A DNA stretch of 64,000 nucleotides from Naegleria gruberi (taxonomy: Eukaryota): assembly GCA_000004985.1 (NCBI GenBank), contig GG738902.1. The stretch is one strand, 5' to 3'. Shown here one piece after another: positions 24,587 to 35,542 of the stretch (position 1 is its first letter; the number at the start of each line of letters is the position of its first letter). The notes beneath the pieces are model-generated. The model searched no databases. It was not told where the DNA came from and was given only the letters and a program-made list of their open reading frames with translations. A program made the position numbers and the translations under genes.

Positions 24587-27427
24587 ATGTCTCAACACTC
24601 AGTTGAGTTTGATTTATTTAAAGATGAGTTAATTGATGATCATTGTATGGATGATGTTATTATTGAAGGAAATTTTAGTGATAGATTGGATATTCTAAAG
24701 GATTACCTTAGTGCTCTTCAAGAATTGAAACAACAAGTTCAAATATTTGCTTCTTCATCACAAAGTCAACCTTCATCAACATCTCATCAAGAAGAAGATG
24801 ATTCCGTTCATATTCCTTCTATTCAACAACAAGCACCTCCAAAGCCAAAACAATATGTTACAATTTCTAAACTAATCAATCCGAAAGAGTATTATTTAAA
24901 TCAGACTAATTCATTTTCTGATTTGATGATAAAGGCTAGAGTGAGAATACCATTGGATCAAATAATTGCTAAATACCAAATCAAGAATAAGGATTTGATG
25001 ATTATTCCATTTTCAACTCTTTCAATGACAAGCCTTTTATTTCATGATGTTCATTTCGAATATTATCAAGCAGTTGCTGTTGAAGAGAACACAGAGATGG
25101 ATTGTAATGAGGATATTAGATCCATCATTCAGGAAAACAACAATGCAAAGACATCAATTGTTGAAGAAATTGAGGAGGTAGAAATGGTAGACAATTGTTC
25201 ACATTGTTCATCATCGAGTGAGGAGGTTGAAGTGGGGAACAATCAAATTGAGAAAAAAGAAGCCTTTGTTGATATTAATTGTGATTGTGGAATTTGTTTA
25301 CTTCCTTTATATGATGGAACTCAAATCTATAATCTCGAGTCTTGTAATCATGCATTTCATTTAGCTTGTGTACATCGATGTATGGAAAGTAGAAATATTC
25401 AAAAGTGTTGTGTTAAATGCTTCAAAGAGATATCTCAAGATGAAAAGAAACAAATCAAATTATTATTCAAAGAAGAGGTGAGAACAAAGAGAATTGAAAA
25501 GAGAGTTTCCAATAATCCAAAACCAAAAGACAAGCCAAAGAAAGAAAAGCTAAAACCAAAGATTCAGGAACCATCATTTGAGCCACCTTCCACTCCTCAC
25601 AAAATTAATCACAACCTCATTATTGAAGAGTATGGATACATGTTGAATAATCATTCAGAACTTCCACTCAACTACAAATGCAAATCTTATCTCCCTGCCT
25701 TCAAGAGAAGTGACAAACCAATTGAGTTGATTTGTACGATTACCTTAAATCCTAACTTTGGTAAGGATGCTCATATATTTCTTCTGAGGATTGAATCCAG
25801 TATTCTACCCAAATCACTTAAAAGCTTCAATTTCGAGGAATTAACAGAGAAGATCAAAGAGCAACTCGAAGATAAAACTAGTAAGAGAATAGAAAATGCA
25901 AAGGAGTATTTTGGATTGAAAAATAAGAAGGTCACTTCCATCATTGACAAGATAAGGGATTGTGAATTTTTCTATCGAACTGCAACAGAAATAAGAGAAA
26001 ATTCGCTTACTTTCAATTCTCCAATAATTGTTGGGAAACCTAACGAGCCAATTGTGATACCTGATTCCAGTCATTTAAAGAGAAAAGAACCTCCTAAAGA
26101 GCCAACTTTGGATTTCATTCCTGTTAAAAAACGAAAGTGTGATCTTGCACCATTCCGAATAGATAGAAGCCAGTTTATGGATATATCCATACTATTAGAT
26201 ACTGATTATTCATCGATTGATATGGTGATATCATATTTAGAAAACTATCACGGAATTCAATCAACAAGAAGTTTGCTAAAGGGTTTGACTGAGTATTCCC
26301 TGACAGAGAGTGATTGTGACATTGTATCAAAATTATATTTGCTTCTTCAACACTACGATTTGAGTTGTTCCAGAGGAATTCATTCATTATATGATGTCTT
26401 CAAAGAATGTGACGTGAAATTGAGCTCTATTTTAGATTTGTATGATGTACTTTCTCAATCTGTGAATCTATTTCCTAATGATATTATTTATCAATACGCC
26501 AAAAATACTAAAGAAGCAAACATGTCAACTATTTCTCTGATTAACATAGCCAGCAAGTTTCTTCTTCCAAAATATTCAGAAACTGAAATAATTAAGGCTT
26601 GTACGAACATTGTTGACTTGTCAAATAATTTCTTTACAAGCTTGGATGCCAGTATTATAATTTCTTCAAGTTGTGAGCATGAAATTCTGTATGGCCTTTT
26701 CAATGTTGTCAAATCTATTGATTATTTCATTGTGGAAAATATGGACTTGCAAACAGTACTTTTAAATCTCATCACAATAATAGATCATATTGAAAGAACT
26801 GGAATTGAGGCAATTAGGAAATGTCTCTTAAAATCATATGGTATAGATGAAGATAAGGAGAGAGATGAGAATCAAATGGTAATTGATACTGTCAATGAGC
26901 AAGAGAAAGAGCAATCCAATTCAAATGAGGTGATAGATGCACCTGTTGAGATAAATATGAACTTGATGGACAGCCAAATGGGAGACGAATCACCTGAACA
27001 ACAACAATTCAATGCAGACATTGTTCCCCCTTTCAAAGAATCTCCAAAGCAATCTCCAAATTCAACTATTTCTATTCCATCCTTTAAAATATCAAAAGAA
27101 ATTCCTCTCACACAAACCTCAATATCAATACATTCTTCAGGTAAGAAGCCAGAGCCAGTAACACAAAATAGATCTGATTTGACAAGTATTGCCGAATGCT
27201 CAATAGAAGAAAAAGAGCTTGTTAAAAACATATCTCAACAATTATCACAAATTTCCTCTATCCATCTATCAGAGCCACAAACTAAACTAATTGTAATACC
27301 ACACTCTCAAGAAAGTTTTCCAATTGACTTTTCATACCATATTGAAGAAAATGAAGAGAAAATTTCACTATCTCTTAGCTCTTTCGAATCAGAGAAAGTA
27401 CCTTCAATATTTCCATATTTTGACTAA
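24587..27427 (+). CDS. RING-finger (RING-H2-like) protein of 946 aa, otherwise uncharacterised.
   Basis: CDCGICLLPL...CNHAFHLACVHRCM...CCVKC cysteine/histidine spacing. Long acidic, Ser-rich C-terminus. Confidence 0.6.
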   Translation: MSQHSVEFDLFKDELIDDHCMDDVIIEGNFSDRLDILKDYLSALQELKQQVQIFASSSQSQPSSTSHQEEDDSVHIPSIQQQAPPKPKQYVTISKLINPKEYYLNQTNSFSDLMIKARVRIPLDQIIAKYQIKNKDLMIIPFSTLSMTSLLFHDVHFEYYQAVAVEENTEMDCNEDIRSIIQENNNAKTSIVEEIEEVEMVDNCSHCSSSSEEVEVGNNQIEKKEAFVDINCDCGICLLPLYDGTQIYNLESCNHAFHLACVHRCMESRNIQKCCVKCFKEISQDEKKQIKLLFKEEVRTKRIEKRVSNNPKPKDKPKKEKLKPKIQEPSFEPPSTPHKINHNLIIEEYGYMLNNHSELPLNYKCKSYLPAFKRSDKPIELICTITLNPNFGKDAHIFLLRIESSILPKSLKSFNFEELTEKIKEQLEDKTSKRIENAKEYFGLKNKKVTSIIDKIRDCEFFYRTATEIRENSLTFNSPIIVGKPNEPIVIPDSSHLKRKEPPKEPTLDFIPVKKRKCDLAPFRIDRSQFMDISILLDTDYSSIDMVISYLENYHGIQSTRSLLKGLTEYSLTESDCDIVSKLYLLLQHYDLSCSRGIHSLYDVFKECDVKLSSILDLYDVLSQSVNLFPNDIIYQYAKNTKEANMSTISLINIASKFLLPKYSETEIIKACTNIVDLSNNFFTSLDASIIISSSCEHEILYGLFNVVKSIDYFIVENMDLQTVLLNLITIIDHIERTGIEAIRKCLLKSYGIDEDKERDENQMVIDTVNEQEKEQSNSNEVIDAPVEINMNLMDSQMGDESPEQQQFNADIVPPFKESPKQSPNSTISIPSFKISKEIPLTQTSISIHSSGKKPEPVTQNRSDLTSIAECSIEEKELVKNISQQLSQISSIHLSEPQTKLIVIPHSQESFPIDFSYHIEENEEKISLSLSSFESEKVPSIFPYFD

Positions 27428-27472
27428 CTTTGAATTACATAATATATTTGTATTATTGTGTAATATCTAACT

Positions 27473-28003
27473 TTAATTCATTTTATATTCCAATTCATAC
27501 CACTTTTCTTGACCATGTACAACATTAGATTCACCATTCAAAATAAATCCAGCACTTTCATAAAAGTGAATTAAATGTGATTTACTCAATAAGAGAATTT
27601 TATCACATAAATTTTCATCCTTCAAATATTGTAAATATGATTTTAACATGGCAAGTCCTAATCCTTTCTTTCTATATGCTTGTTGAATAACCACAGAGTG
27701 AATACATAGAGTACGTGCATTTGGTGATGGATCGTGAACTGACATTGTATCATGAGTAAGAATTTTGTTTTGAGTTTTAGTTCCACAAACAAATCCAATT
27801 AATTTTTCTTCATCATCGGAACAAGTTGATGAAGTAAAATATCCTCTAAATACAGAGTTTGCATTTTCGAGACGATATTTTAATTTTTCATAAGTGGCAG
27901 CCTCATCTTCTGGATAAGATTCACTTTCATACTTGTTGATAATTTCTAAATGTTCTGTAACATTGACCGGTTTTAATAAATAACTAGTTGATGATGATGA
28001 CAT
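27473..28003 (-). CDS. GNAT-family N-acetyltransferase, arylalkylamine N-acetyltransferase-like. Intronless.
   Basis: Acetyl-CoA binding motif A (QQAYRKKGLGLAMLKSYLQYL) and overall GNAT topology. 176 aa. Confidence 0.65.
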   Translation of the reverse strand: MSSSSTSYLLKPVNVTEHLEIINKYESESYPEDEAATYEKLKYRLENANSVFRGYFTSSTCSDDEEKLIGFVCGTKTQNKILTHDTMSVHDPSPNARTLCIHSVVIQQAYRKKGLGLAMLKSYLQYLKDENLCDKILLLSKSHLIHFYESAGFILNGESNVVHGQEKWYELEYKMN

Positions 28004-28087
28004 TTTTTTTAAATCATAATGTTGATGTTCAACATTTTTACAATGACAATACCAAGATATTTACAATTTAATTTTTATTATGTATTA

Positions 28088-29836
28088 TTAAAGTAAATCT
28101 TCAATATCTGGAGTTTCCCATCCTTTAAAATAAATTCCATTCTTATTTTGTTTTAACATTTTAGCTTCCCAATCTCTGTAAGCCTTAATTGGAGCATCAG
28201 CATTAACAATCTTACTAAAAACTTTAGCACCATTCTTTGTAACATTTTCTGAAATTCCAAATAGTAATTCCAAATCTTGATCAAGAATTGTATCAGCTGA
28301 TTGTAATAATTTAGAATAAATGTATGGAATCTTGTTTAAATAATTTAAAACTGGAATTGTAGAGTAGAATCTGAAAATGATACGATGTTCATTTTGTCCA
28401 GTTGGAATCATGCAAAATATTTGTGAAATTCTTGGACCTGCATTCTTCAAATCACCACCTTCAATATAATCAGTATTATCCAATCTAACAAAACATGGTG
28501 GAATAAAAGATGTAATATTACCAAATTCTCTCTTTACACCTTTAACTTTTTGATATTCAGGTTTTGTAACTCTATATGTGAATGAATCTGAGTGAATTGT
28601 CTTATCAAAATGCATTTCAGTAGGTAATTTACTTCTAACTGAATCATCTTGTGCTGGTGTATCCTTACTGAGAATTAATTGAGTTTTAACTTGAGTAGCT
28701 CTACTTCTTTTACCCAATGTACCATCATGTGTAAAATCTAAATGAGCAAAATCTAATAAATTTTCTAACACTAATGAATAATTACATGGAATATCTCTTG
28801 ATTTTTCTAACATGATATATGGTTTAGTTGAATCTTCTGTTAAATATTCTTCTCTGAATAATTCTATTGGAATTTGATTAATATCTGATTTAACTTTATC
28901 ATTTGGCCATACCCAAATCATTCCACAACATTCATGTACTTGTTTTGATTGACATTTGATAGTTTTACATAAACCTTTCATTCTTTCAGATGAAACAGAT
29001 GGAATTCTAACACATTGACCATCTTTTTCAAATCTCCAACCATGATAAGCACATTCTAATGATCTTTTACCTTCAAATTCTGTAATTTCACCTGTTGATA
29101 ATTTAGCTGATCTATGTGGACATAAATCTAATGTACATGTCACTTGTCCATCACTAGTTCTATATAATACAAGTGGTTCACCTAATAATTTTACAACAAA
29201 TGGTTTCTTATCATTAATTTTAATATCTGTACTCAATGCAACTGGATACCAAAATAATGACATGTCCATATTGTTTAAATTTGTCTTTTCTTTAAATGAT
29301 CCTTCCTTAATCTTTTCAATTACTTGTTGATCAGCATTGGATTTGCTAAATCTAAGAAAATCTAAAATTGGCATATAATATTTAGTAACTAAATAGGCAC
29401 TACCTAATAATAATGCTAAAATACTTGCAATACTTCCAATGCTATAACCAGTAGTAGCAGTTGAAGAGGAAATGGATGATAAAGAAGTATTTAACCATGA
29501 TGATGCTGATGAAAATATTCCACCACCACTACCTCCTCCTTCATTATTATTAGGAAGAAGGGAAAAGAATTTATCTAAAACTTGTTGAAGAATGGAATCT
29601 GTTGTTGGTGATGATGATGATGGACTAGATGTCATTTGAAAGTAATGATGAGTAGATGCAAAATGAAGTGTTTGAATTTTTTTTGTTGTTTTCAGCAATA
29701 GATTGCTTTTAAATCTTAAAGGAGGGAGATTTTGTTCAATCATGCGAATTGATGCGACTTTGGTTGGTAACAGGTTCATGATGGCCAGAGACGTGCTTTT
29801 GTCGTAGTTTGTTAATTTACTTGAAAAGCGCTTCAT
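28088..29836 (-). CDS. Rieske [2Fe-2S] non-heme iron oxygenase, PAO/Tic55/Neverland-like, with a Ser/Gly-rich N-terminal extension and a TM segment.
   Basis: Rieske motif CPHRSAKLSTGE...CAYHGWRF with the preceding WYPVALSTD...LLGEPLVLYR. A downstream mononuclear-iron region (N..LD..H...H) lies in LENLLDFAHLDFTHDG. Confidence 0.7.
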   Translation of the reverse strand: MKRFSSKLTNYDKSTSLAIMNLLPTKVASIRMIEQNLPPLRFKSNLLLKTTKKIQTLHFASTHHYFQMTSSPSSSSPTTDSILQQVLDKFFSLLPNNNEGGGSGGGIFSSASSWLNTSLSSISSSTATTGYSIGSIASILALLLGSAYLVTKYYMPILDFLRFSKSNADQQVIEKIKEGSFKEKTNLNNMDMSLFWYPVALSTDIKINDKKPFVVKLLGEPLVLYRTSDGQVTCTLDLCPHRSAKLSTGEITEFEGKRSLECAYHGWRFEKDGQCVRIPSVSSERMKGLCKTIKCQSKQVHECCGMIWVWPNDKVKSDINQIPIELFREEYLTEDSTKPYIMLEKSRDIPCNYSLVLENLLDFAHLDFTHDGTLGKRSRATQVKTQLILSKDTPAQDDSVRSKLPTEMHFDKTIHSDSFTYRVTKPEYQKVKGVKREFGNITSFIPPCFVRLDNTDYIEGGDLKNAGPRISQIFCMIPTGQNEHRIIFRFYSTIPVLNYLNKIPYIYSKLLQSADTILDQDLELLFGISENVTKNGAKVFSKIVNADAPIKAYRDWEAKMLKQNKNGIYFKGWETPDIEDLL

Positions 29837-30306
29837 GATAATATTAGTTATTAAAATGTCATTGTTACATAACTGTGTCTGTGGTTAAAAAAAGATTCTA
29901 CAATTGTTCATTTGGGTTGACAAATTGGTTTTAAGCATTGTTGCTGAACTGCATTGTTATTGTTAATACCTTACACCTGTTAAGGGGGAGTTAACAATTA
30001 TTTAAAGGAAGTATCATTAGATTTTCTATCAAATTCTTAAATCTCAACCAATCAATATATTCTTTAAAAAATCCTTTTCTGGTACTTTTTTGATTTTTTC
30101 TTTAGCAAGTGAAAGTTATTGAAAAACCTTCACCAGCATTCAAGAATTTTGGCACTTCTTGAAAAAAAATTCATCACTGAAACAAGCCTTTTTTCTCTTT
30201 CTTTTTTTTCATCTTTGCACAACTTTCTTTTTTGATCGGAGTGAATAGGAGTTTATTGTGGAGTTTTTTTCATCATCATTAAATATAATCAACAAGAAGA
30301 ATAAGA

Positions 30307-31401
30307 ATGGAATCTTTATTTATTGATAACATTTTACAATTAAATTCATCGACATTACCAACAACAACAACAACAATGGCTAATAATGGAGAAACACAAA
30401 CAGCACTGATAGGAAAATCCATTGCTGTTCTAGTTGTATTTTGTAGTGCTTGGGTTGGTGCAATTTTACCATTTGCCATTAAAAAGTTCAATTGTACATT
30501 TTGTAGTGATCAGAGACAAGCAACAATTTTATCACTTGTTAATTGTTTATCAGGTGGTTTTTTCATTAGTGCTGCTTTTTATCACATTTTGATTTCATCT
30601 GTTACGAGTTTTAAACAATTAACACAATTGATGGGTGGAAAGGGAATTTCAGCTTATGGAACTTTTCCTTTCATGCTTGCTTCGATTGGATTTGTTCTTC
30701 CTTTATTCGTTCATAATATTTTGAATGCATTTACTGCTAAAATTAAGAATGAACAAAATCAAGATCATGAATCAGATGATACAAATCAATTATATGCTCT
30801 TAATAGTGATATTAATGAATTGGAAGAAAAGAAAGAAAGTGGAGTTTCATATAACAAGATTGTTTCCTATGTTTTATCTACAGTATTATCATGTCAAAGT
30901 GTTTTAATTGGTGTAACATCTGGTGTTATTACTGATTCATCTGATGCTATGGTTTTAATTTGTACAATGATTTTACACAAATGGGTTGCTGCATTTTCAA
31001 TTTCAGTTTCATCTATTAGAGCTGGTTTACCATTCTGGACAAGAACAATGCCACTTATGCTTGTATTTTCACTCATGACACCAATTGGTATAATTATTGG
31101 TATTTTACTTGTAAGATTTGTAACTGATAAGGTTGTATTTTTAATTGTTGGAATTATTTTCAAATCATTGGGTGCTGGTTTCTTTATTTATGTTTCAACA
31201 ATGATTATTTTGAGAAATGAAATTGCTCTTCCAAATCAATCAACAAGTGGATGTCATTCTCAAAATGCAAAGAATGAACAAAAATCAATTACATCTCGTC
31301 AAAGAAATGTTTTCCTTCTCAAATTATTATTTGTATTCATTGGTTATATGATTATGACCATTCCATATAATATTATTGGTAAAGCTATTGCTAATCATTA
31401 A
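30307..31401 (+). CDS. Multi-pass membrane transporter, ZIP (Zrt/Irt-like, ZIP9/ZupT-like) family candidate.
   Basis: Eight predicted TM helices, a cytosolic His/Asp-containing loop, and a TM region LHKWVAAFSISVSS...MTPIGIIIG resembling ZIP TM4-5. Confidence 0.45.
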   Translation: MESLFIDNILQLNSSTLPTTTTTMANNGETQTALIGKSIAVLVVFCSAWVGAILPFAIKKFNCTFCSDQRQATILSLVNCLSGGFFISAAFYHILISSVTSFKQLTQLMGGKGISAYGTFPFMLASIGFVLPLFVHNILNAFTAKIKNEQNQDHESDDTNQLYALNSDINELEEKKESGVSYNKIVSYVLSTVLSCQSVLIGVTSGVITDSSDAMVLICTMILHKWVAAFSISVSSIRAGLPFWTRTMPLMLVFSLMTPIGIIIGILLVRFVTDKVVFLIVGIIFKSLGAGFFIYVSTMIILRNEIALPNQSTSGCHSQNAKNEQKSITSRQRNVFLLKLLFVFIGYMIMTIPYNIIGKAIANH

Positions 31402-31607
31402 AAAAAACAATTGATATTTTAATATTGATTGAACATTAGTATTATTTACAACCATGGAATAGATCTCAAATTTTAGTGAAATACTGCTCCTAATTAAAAC
31501 GCACGCATGGATGCATTCACTAAATTCGAGTAATCATTGGAACAAATCAAAATGATTTAAAAGAACTGATAATTATTTACAGTTCATTTCAGCAACTTTA
31601 AAAAAAA

Positions 31608-32045
31608 ATGTCAGTCATTGAAAATATCAACAAAGCTTTCCAACTTGCTTTTAAAATTAGCCCAAAAGTTGGTAAATTTCCCTACCTTGCCGAAACATTA
31701 CGTAGAGCTGGTATTGAACGAAACAGATGGTTTCTTCCAGGATGTACCAGTATTTATTATACTTCATCAGGAGAGAAAGTTGTCAATCAAATGGAAAGTT
31801 TACTTCCCTACGGAATGCATGAAATCAAACCATTCAATAGAAATCTAGTTGTAGATGCCATTAGAAAAGATCAAGCTGGAGAAACAGAATTTCCACAATT
31901 TTTAAAATGTATTTGGGAAGGAGGTGTTGTTTCATATGAAGTTGATTTTGTGAATCGTGTTTGTACTTATTATGGAGCAGATGAAAAGGAATTCTATGAA
32001 GAATATTATTCACATGTTGATATCAACACAACTCAGAATGAATAA
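31608..32045 (+). CDS. DUF1398 (E. coli YbaA-like) family protein. Intronless, 145 aa, of bacterial type.
   Basis: GETEFPQFLKCIWEGGVVSYEVDFVNRVCTYYGADEKEFYEE matches the conserved core I recall for YbaA/DUF1398 (ITYPQFMQ..AGV..YEV.L..R...Y.G.DE). There is no Asn-rich low complexity. Confidence 0.55.
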   Translation: MSVIENINKAFQLAFKISPKVGKFPYLAETLRRAGIERNRWFLPGCTSIYYTSSGEKVVNQMESLLPYGMHEIKPFNRNLVVDAIRKDQAGETEFPQFLKCIWEGGVVSYEVDFVNRVCTYYGADEKEFYEEYYSHVDINTTQNE

Positions 32046-32464
32046 GTGTAATAAATATCATCACTTTGCCTATTATTTACCAACAATAAGGCTTCTTTAA
32101 TCTTGGTTCTCTATGGAGTGGTTGTTCTTACAAAGTTGGCGTTAAAATGTCCTTTTAGAAAAAGAACCTCTTTTACTGTAATTTACAAGACCTTTTTTAG
32201 ATCATTTACAGTTACACATTACAGTTCAGACCTTTTGAATCGTACATACAATAAATTTTTCAAAGACAATATTTCATTTTCTCTCCTTAATACATGAAAT
32301 CATTCACCAAATGAAAATTTCACCTTTTTAGTCTCTTTAGATAACATTCGGATATGATAATCTCAGAACCATTTCAATTAAAAATCTTGTCAAATTTCCG
32401 TGTCATGTTTTTATTCGCTCCATCTCAAGTTGTTTAATGTGCGCCCTATCTTTCCTTTAAAAAA

Positions 32465-35389
32465 ATGAGAAATCAACAACAAGCAAGCAATTGTTACTCT
32501 TCCGAGAATCATGGCAGTAATAACATTAGTTGTGTTGGTGTTGGTGGTGACAATATTGGATTTGCAACACCATCGTCAGCAATGTCAGCACAATCAACAT
32601 TGCAACAATTACTTTTAAATACAGTTGCTGCTCAACAACAAAAAAACCCATTCCTTATGAATTCATCATCAATGGGTATATGTTCTTCTACTCCTCTTTC
32701 GACATCATCTGTATCATCTTCCAATAATAATAATACGAATGCTACCAATGTTGGTAGTGCCAATGGAAATTGTGCGAATTTATTTAGTAACTTGCTTGAT
32801 TCCACCACCACAAACATCACCAAAAACATTCCTATGAATAATAACAGTAATACTATTACATCTCAGAATACAGATAATAATATATCATCATCAACAACAA
32901 CATCTTTTTATAATCCTACTACAGTTAATAATAACAATTTAAATTCCTTGCTAAATAATCCGAATTTTACTTTAAATTCATTACTTCTTCAACAATTACA
33001 ACAATCAAATGTCGATATATTAAATAGTAGTAATAATAATAATAATAATACTTCGTATTTAGCCTCTTCTCCTCCTTCTTCAAATTCCTTTCAATTCATC
33101 AATCAACAAACTAGCTTTAATAATCAAATTAATAGTTCGGATCTAGGCTTTCTATCAACAAGTACTAGCAGTAATAGTAGTAGTAGTAATAGTAATTTAA
33201 CGCCCTCTCCTACTAATCTTTCATTAAGACATTCACCTCCCTTTTCCTCACCAAATAATGTAAACTCCATCAATAATAATAATATGAATAATAATAATAA
33301 TATATTAAATGAAAATCAGAATAATACTATTAATGCAACTACTAGTAGTATTACTCTTAATCATCCAACAAGTACATCTACGACTACTACCAACAATAAC
33401 ACACCATCCAAAGCAAGTAAAAAGAATCTAACAACAAGTTCTACTAGTTTTAATCCATACCCTGTGACAACAAAATCAACGAATGAAAATTCCTCAAATG
33501 GAAAACAGTTAATGTTTATTGAAGAAAATGGAAAGTCAAGAGTTTCTTCTTCTCTGTTACAATCAAATTCAGATCAGTTTGAAATTAGTTGTACGAGTTG
33601 TAGAGCCAAACATCGAAAATGTTCGAAAGAATTACCTGCTTGTTCTTACTGTTTAGCTAGAGGAATAACTTGTATATATAGAAAACCAAAGAAGAAGGGA
33701 AGACAAGGAAAACAACAAGTTGGAGATTTATCTCAACAACCATTTGATTTACAATCGAATACATTTTTAGATATGCAGTCATCTTTTGAAATGAATCCTC
33801 AAATAGTTAATAATTTTAATGAACCGAATAATATGTTTACAATGATGGGAAATCAAACAATTCCTTCAACTTTGGATAATAATTTTATACCATTTCATCA
33901 GCAAAATCAGCAAGAATTATTACAACAACACGAATTCCAAAATGCTAGCTCTATTGAATCATTTGATCCTAATAATTGGATAAATCAAATTAGATCTTCT
34001 CTCCAAACAAACGATAATAGTAATGATATTAACATGTTACATTCACTGTTAACTTCTGATTCAATTAATAATATTTTCTCACTAACTAATTTGATGGAAA
34101 ATAATCCATTACAAAATCAATCAACAACTAATTCAACAACAAATCAACAACAACAGCAACAACATAATTATTCTATTAATGATCTTACAGATGAGTTAAT
34201 GAAACGACTTACATTGGAAGATTATTGTAAATCTACTAGTTTCCCTGTTATAGATAAGAGTGAATTTTCTTCTCTGTTGCACAGTGAAAAGAGAACTCTA
34301 GAAGCAACAGCTTTATTATACAGTATTCATGCTTTAATGTGTCAACGTAAGGGTTTAAAACATGAAGCAGCGTCAGCTTGTAATCAAGCTAGAAATATTT
34401 TATCTAGAGTATTCGATAAGAATAATGATTTCTTAATTGCATGTGCATATTGTAATCTTTCAGTGTATAGTTCAGGTGAAGGTAATTTAGCTGAAGCAAA
34501 ATTCTATCTGAAATTTGTAGATTATTACTTTGAAAATGAATCTACTTCAGAAACCAATAATGTAGTTCATGTAAATAATTTCAATTTGAAAATGCTTAAA
34601 ACTGTTGCTGAAATGTCAGCAGGTATTGCAGCACAAGATGTGGATAGTAATCCTCTAGGAATTGATTCTGAAAAGAAGGAAATTGGAAATTTATTAATTG
34701 GATTTTACAAACTTTGTACTGGAGAAAAGAAAGCACCTCAACCTCTTCTTGACATTGTTTCTAAAACTGTTACAGGTGACACTTTAAAATTGTACATGAC
34801 TTTATTAGAATTGGTTTCAAAACTATTCTATCAACATGAAATGGAAAGAAATTTAAGTAATGAACACAGTGAAATATCTCAACGTGTTATAAATTCTTTC
34901 ATTCACGGAACAAGAGTTTTAATTTTACAAGAATGTGGAATTTCTAGTGGATCTATTATTGAAGAATCAGCCAATAGACTTATTAATATTTCATGTGAAG
35001 ATAATTATGGAACTGCCTATTCTGTTTTGTTGTGTGCAATTGCTGCAGCTTGTAGAGTACATCTTAAAATTGTTAGAGATATAAAGAAGGGTATAAGAAT
35101 GAATAATGGTGAGGATGGAGTTGATTATTTTGAAATGATTAAGAAAGGTCTAAAAGCACTCACTCTATTCAGTACAAGATATGGACGTGTTACCAAATTA
35201 TATCGATCACTCATTATTGAACTTCAAGAAGTTGAAAGAGAACACAGCGGTTTTAAACTCTGTCTCTTGGCAACCAAAGAAATTGAAAGATTGAAATTGA
35301 AAAAACTTTCACCAACTATGGATGTTCCATCACTATTATCCAAAGATGATATTCTAAGTATTTATTATCTAGTTTCTCCAGAACAATAA
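32465..35389 (+). CDS. Zn(II)2Cys6 binuclear-cluster transcription factor of 974 aa with long Asn/Ser/Thr/Gln-rich regions.
   Basis: CTSCRAKHRKCSKELPACSYCLARGITC fits CX2CX6CX5-9CX2CX6-8C. Confidence 0.65.
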   Translation: MRNQQQASNCYSSENHGSNNISCVGVGGDNIGFATPSSAMSAQSTLQQLLLNTVAAQQQKNPFLMNSSSMGICSSTPLSTSSVSSSNNNNTNATNVGSANGNCANLFSNLLDSTTTNITKNIPMNNNSNTITSQNTDNNISSSTTTSFYNPTTVNNNNLNSLLNNPNFTLNSLLLQQLQQSNVDILNSSNNNNNNTSYLASSPPSSNSFQFINQQTSFNNQINSSDLGFLSTSTSSNSSSSNSNLTPSPTNLSLRHSPPFSSPNNVNSINNNNMNNNNNILNENQNNTINATTSSITLNHPTSTSTTTTNNNTPSKASKKNLTTSSTSFNPYPVTTKSTNENSSNGKQLMFIEENGKSRVSSSLLQSNSDQFEISCTSCRAKHRKCSKELPACSYCLARGITCIYRKPKKKGRQGKQQVGDLSQQPFDLQSNTFLDMQSSFEMNPQIVNNFNEPNNMFTMMGNQTIPSTLDNNFIPFHQQNQQELLQQHEFQNASSIESFDPNNWINQIRSSLQTNDNSNDINMLHSLLTSDSINNIFSLTNLMENNPLQNQSTTNSTTNQQQQQQHNYSINDLTDELMKRLTLEDYCKSTSFPVIDKSEFSSLLHSEKRTLEATALLYSIHALMCQRKGLKHEAASACNQARNILSRVFDKNNDFLIACAYCNLSVYSSGEGNLAEAKFYLKFVDYYFENESTSETNNVVHVNNFNLKMLKTVAEMSAGIAAQDVDSNPLGIDSEKKEIGNLLIGFYKLCTGEKKAPQPLLDIVSKTVTGDTLKLYMTLLELVSKLFYQHEMERNLSNEHSEISQRVINSFIHGTRVLILQECGISSGSIIEESANRLINISCEDNYGTAYSVLLCAIAAACRVHLKIVRDIKKGIRMNNGEDGVDYFEMIKKGLKALTLFSTRYGRVTKLYRSLIIELQEVEREHSGFKLCLLATKEIERLKLKKLSPTMDVPSLLSKDDILSIYYLVSPEQ

Positions 35390-35542
35390 AACTTTCAAAT
35401 GTTGTTCAACATGTTGTAAATATTTTACCACTCTCTATTTATGCAAACTTGAAAATGCACCACCTTGATAATAGATGATTGATAAATAGTACTTCAAAGT
35501 CTTCTCAGTTCTTCAAGAATTGAGAATCAGAAATATAAAAAA

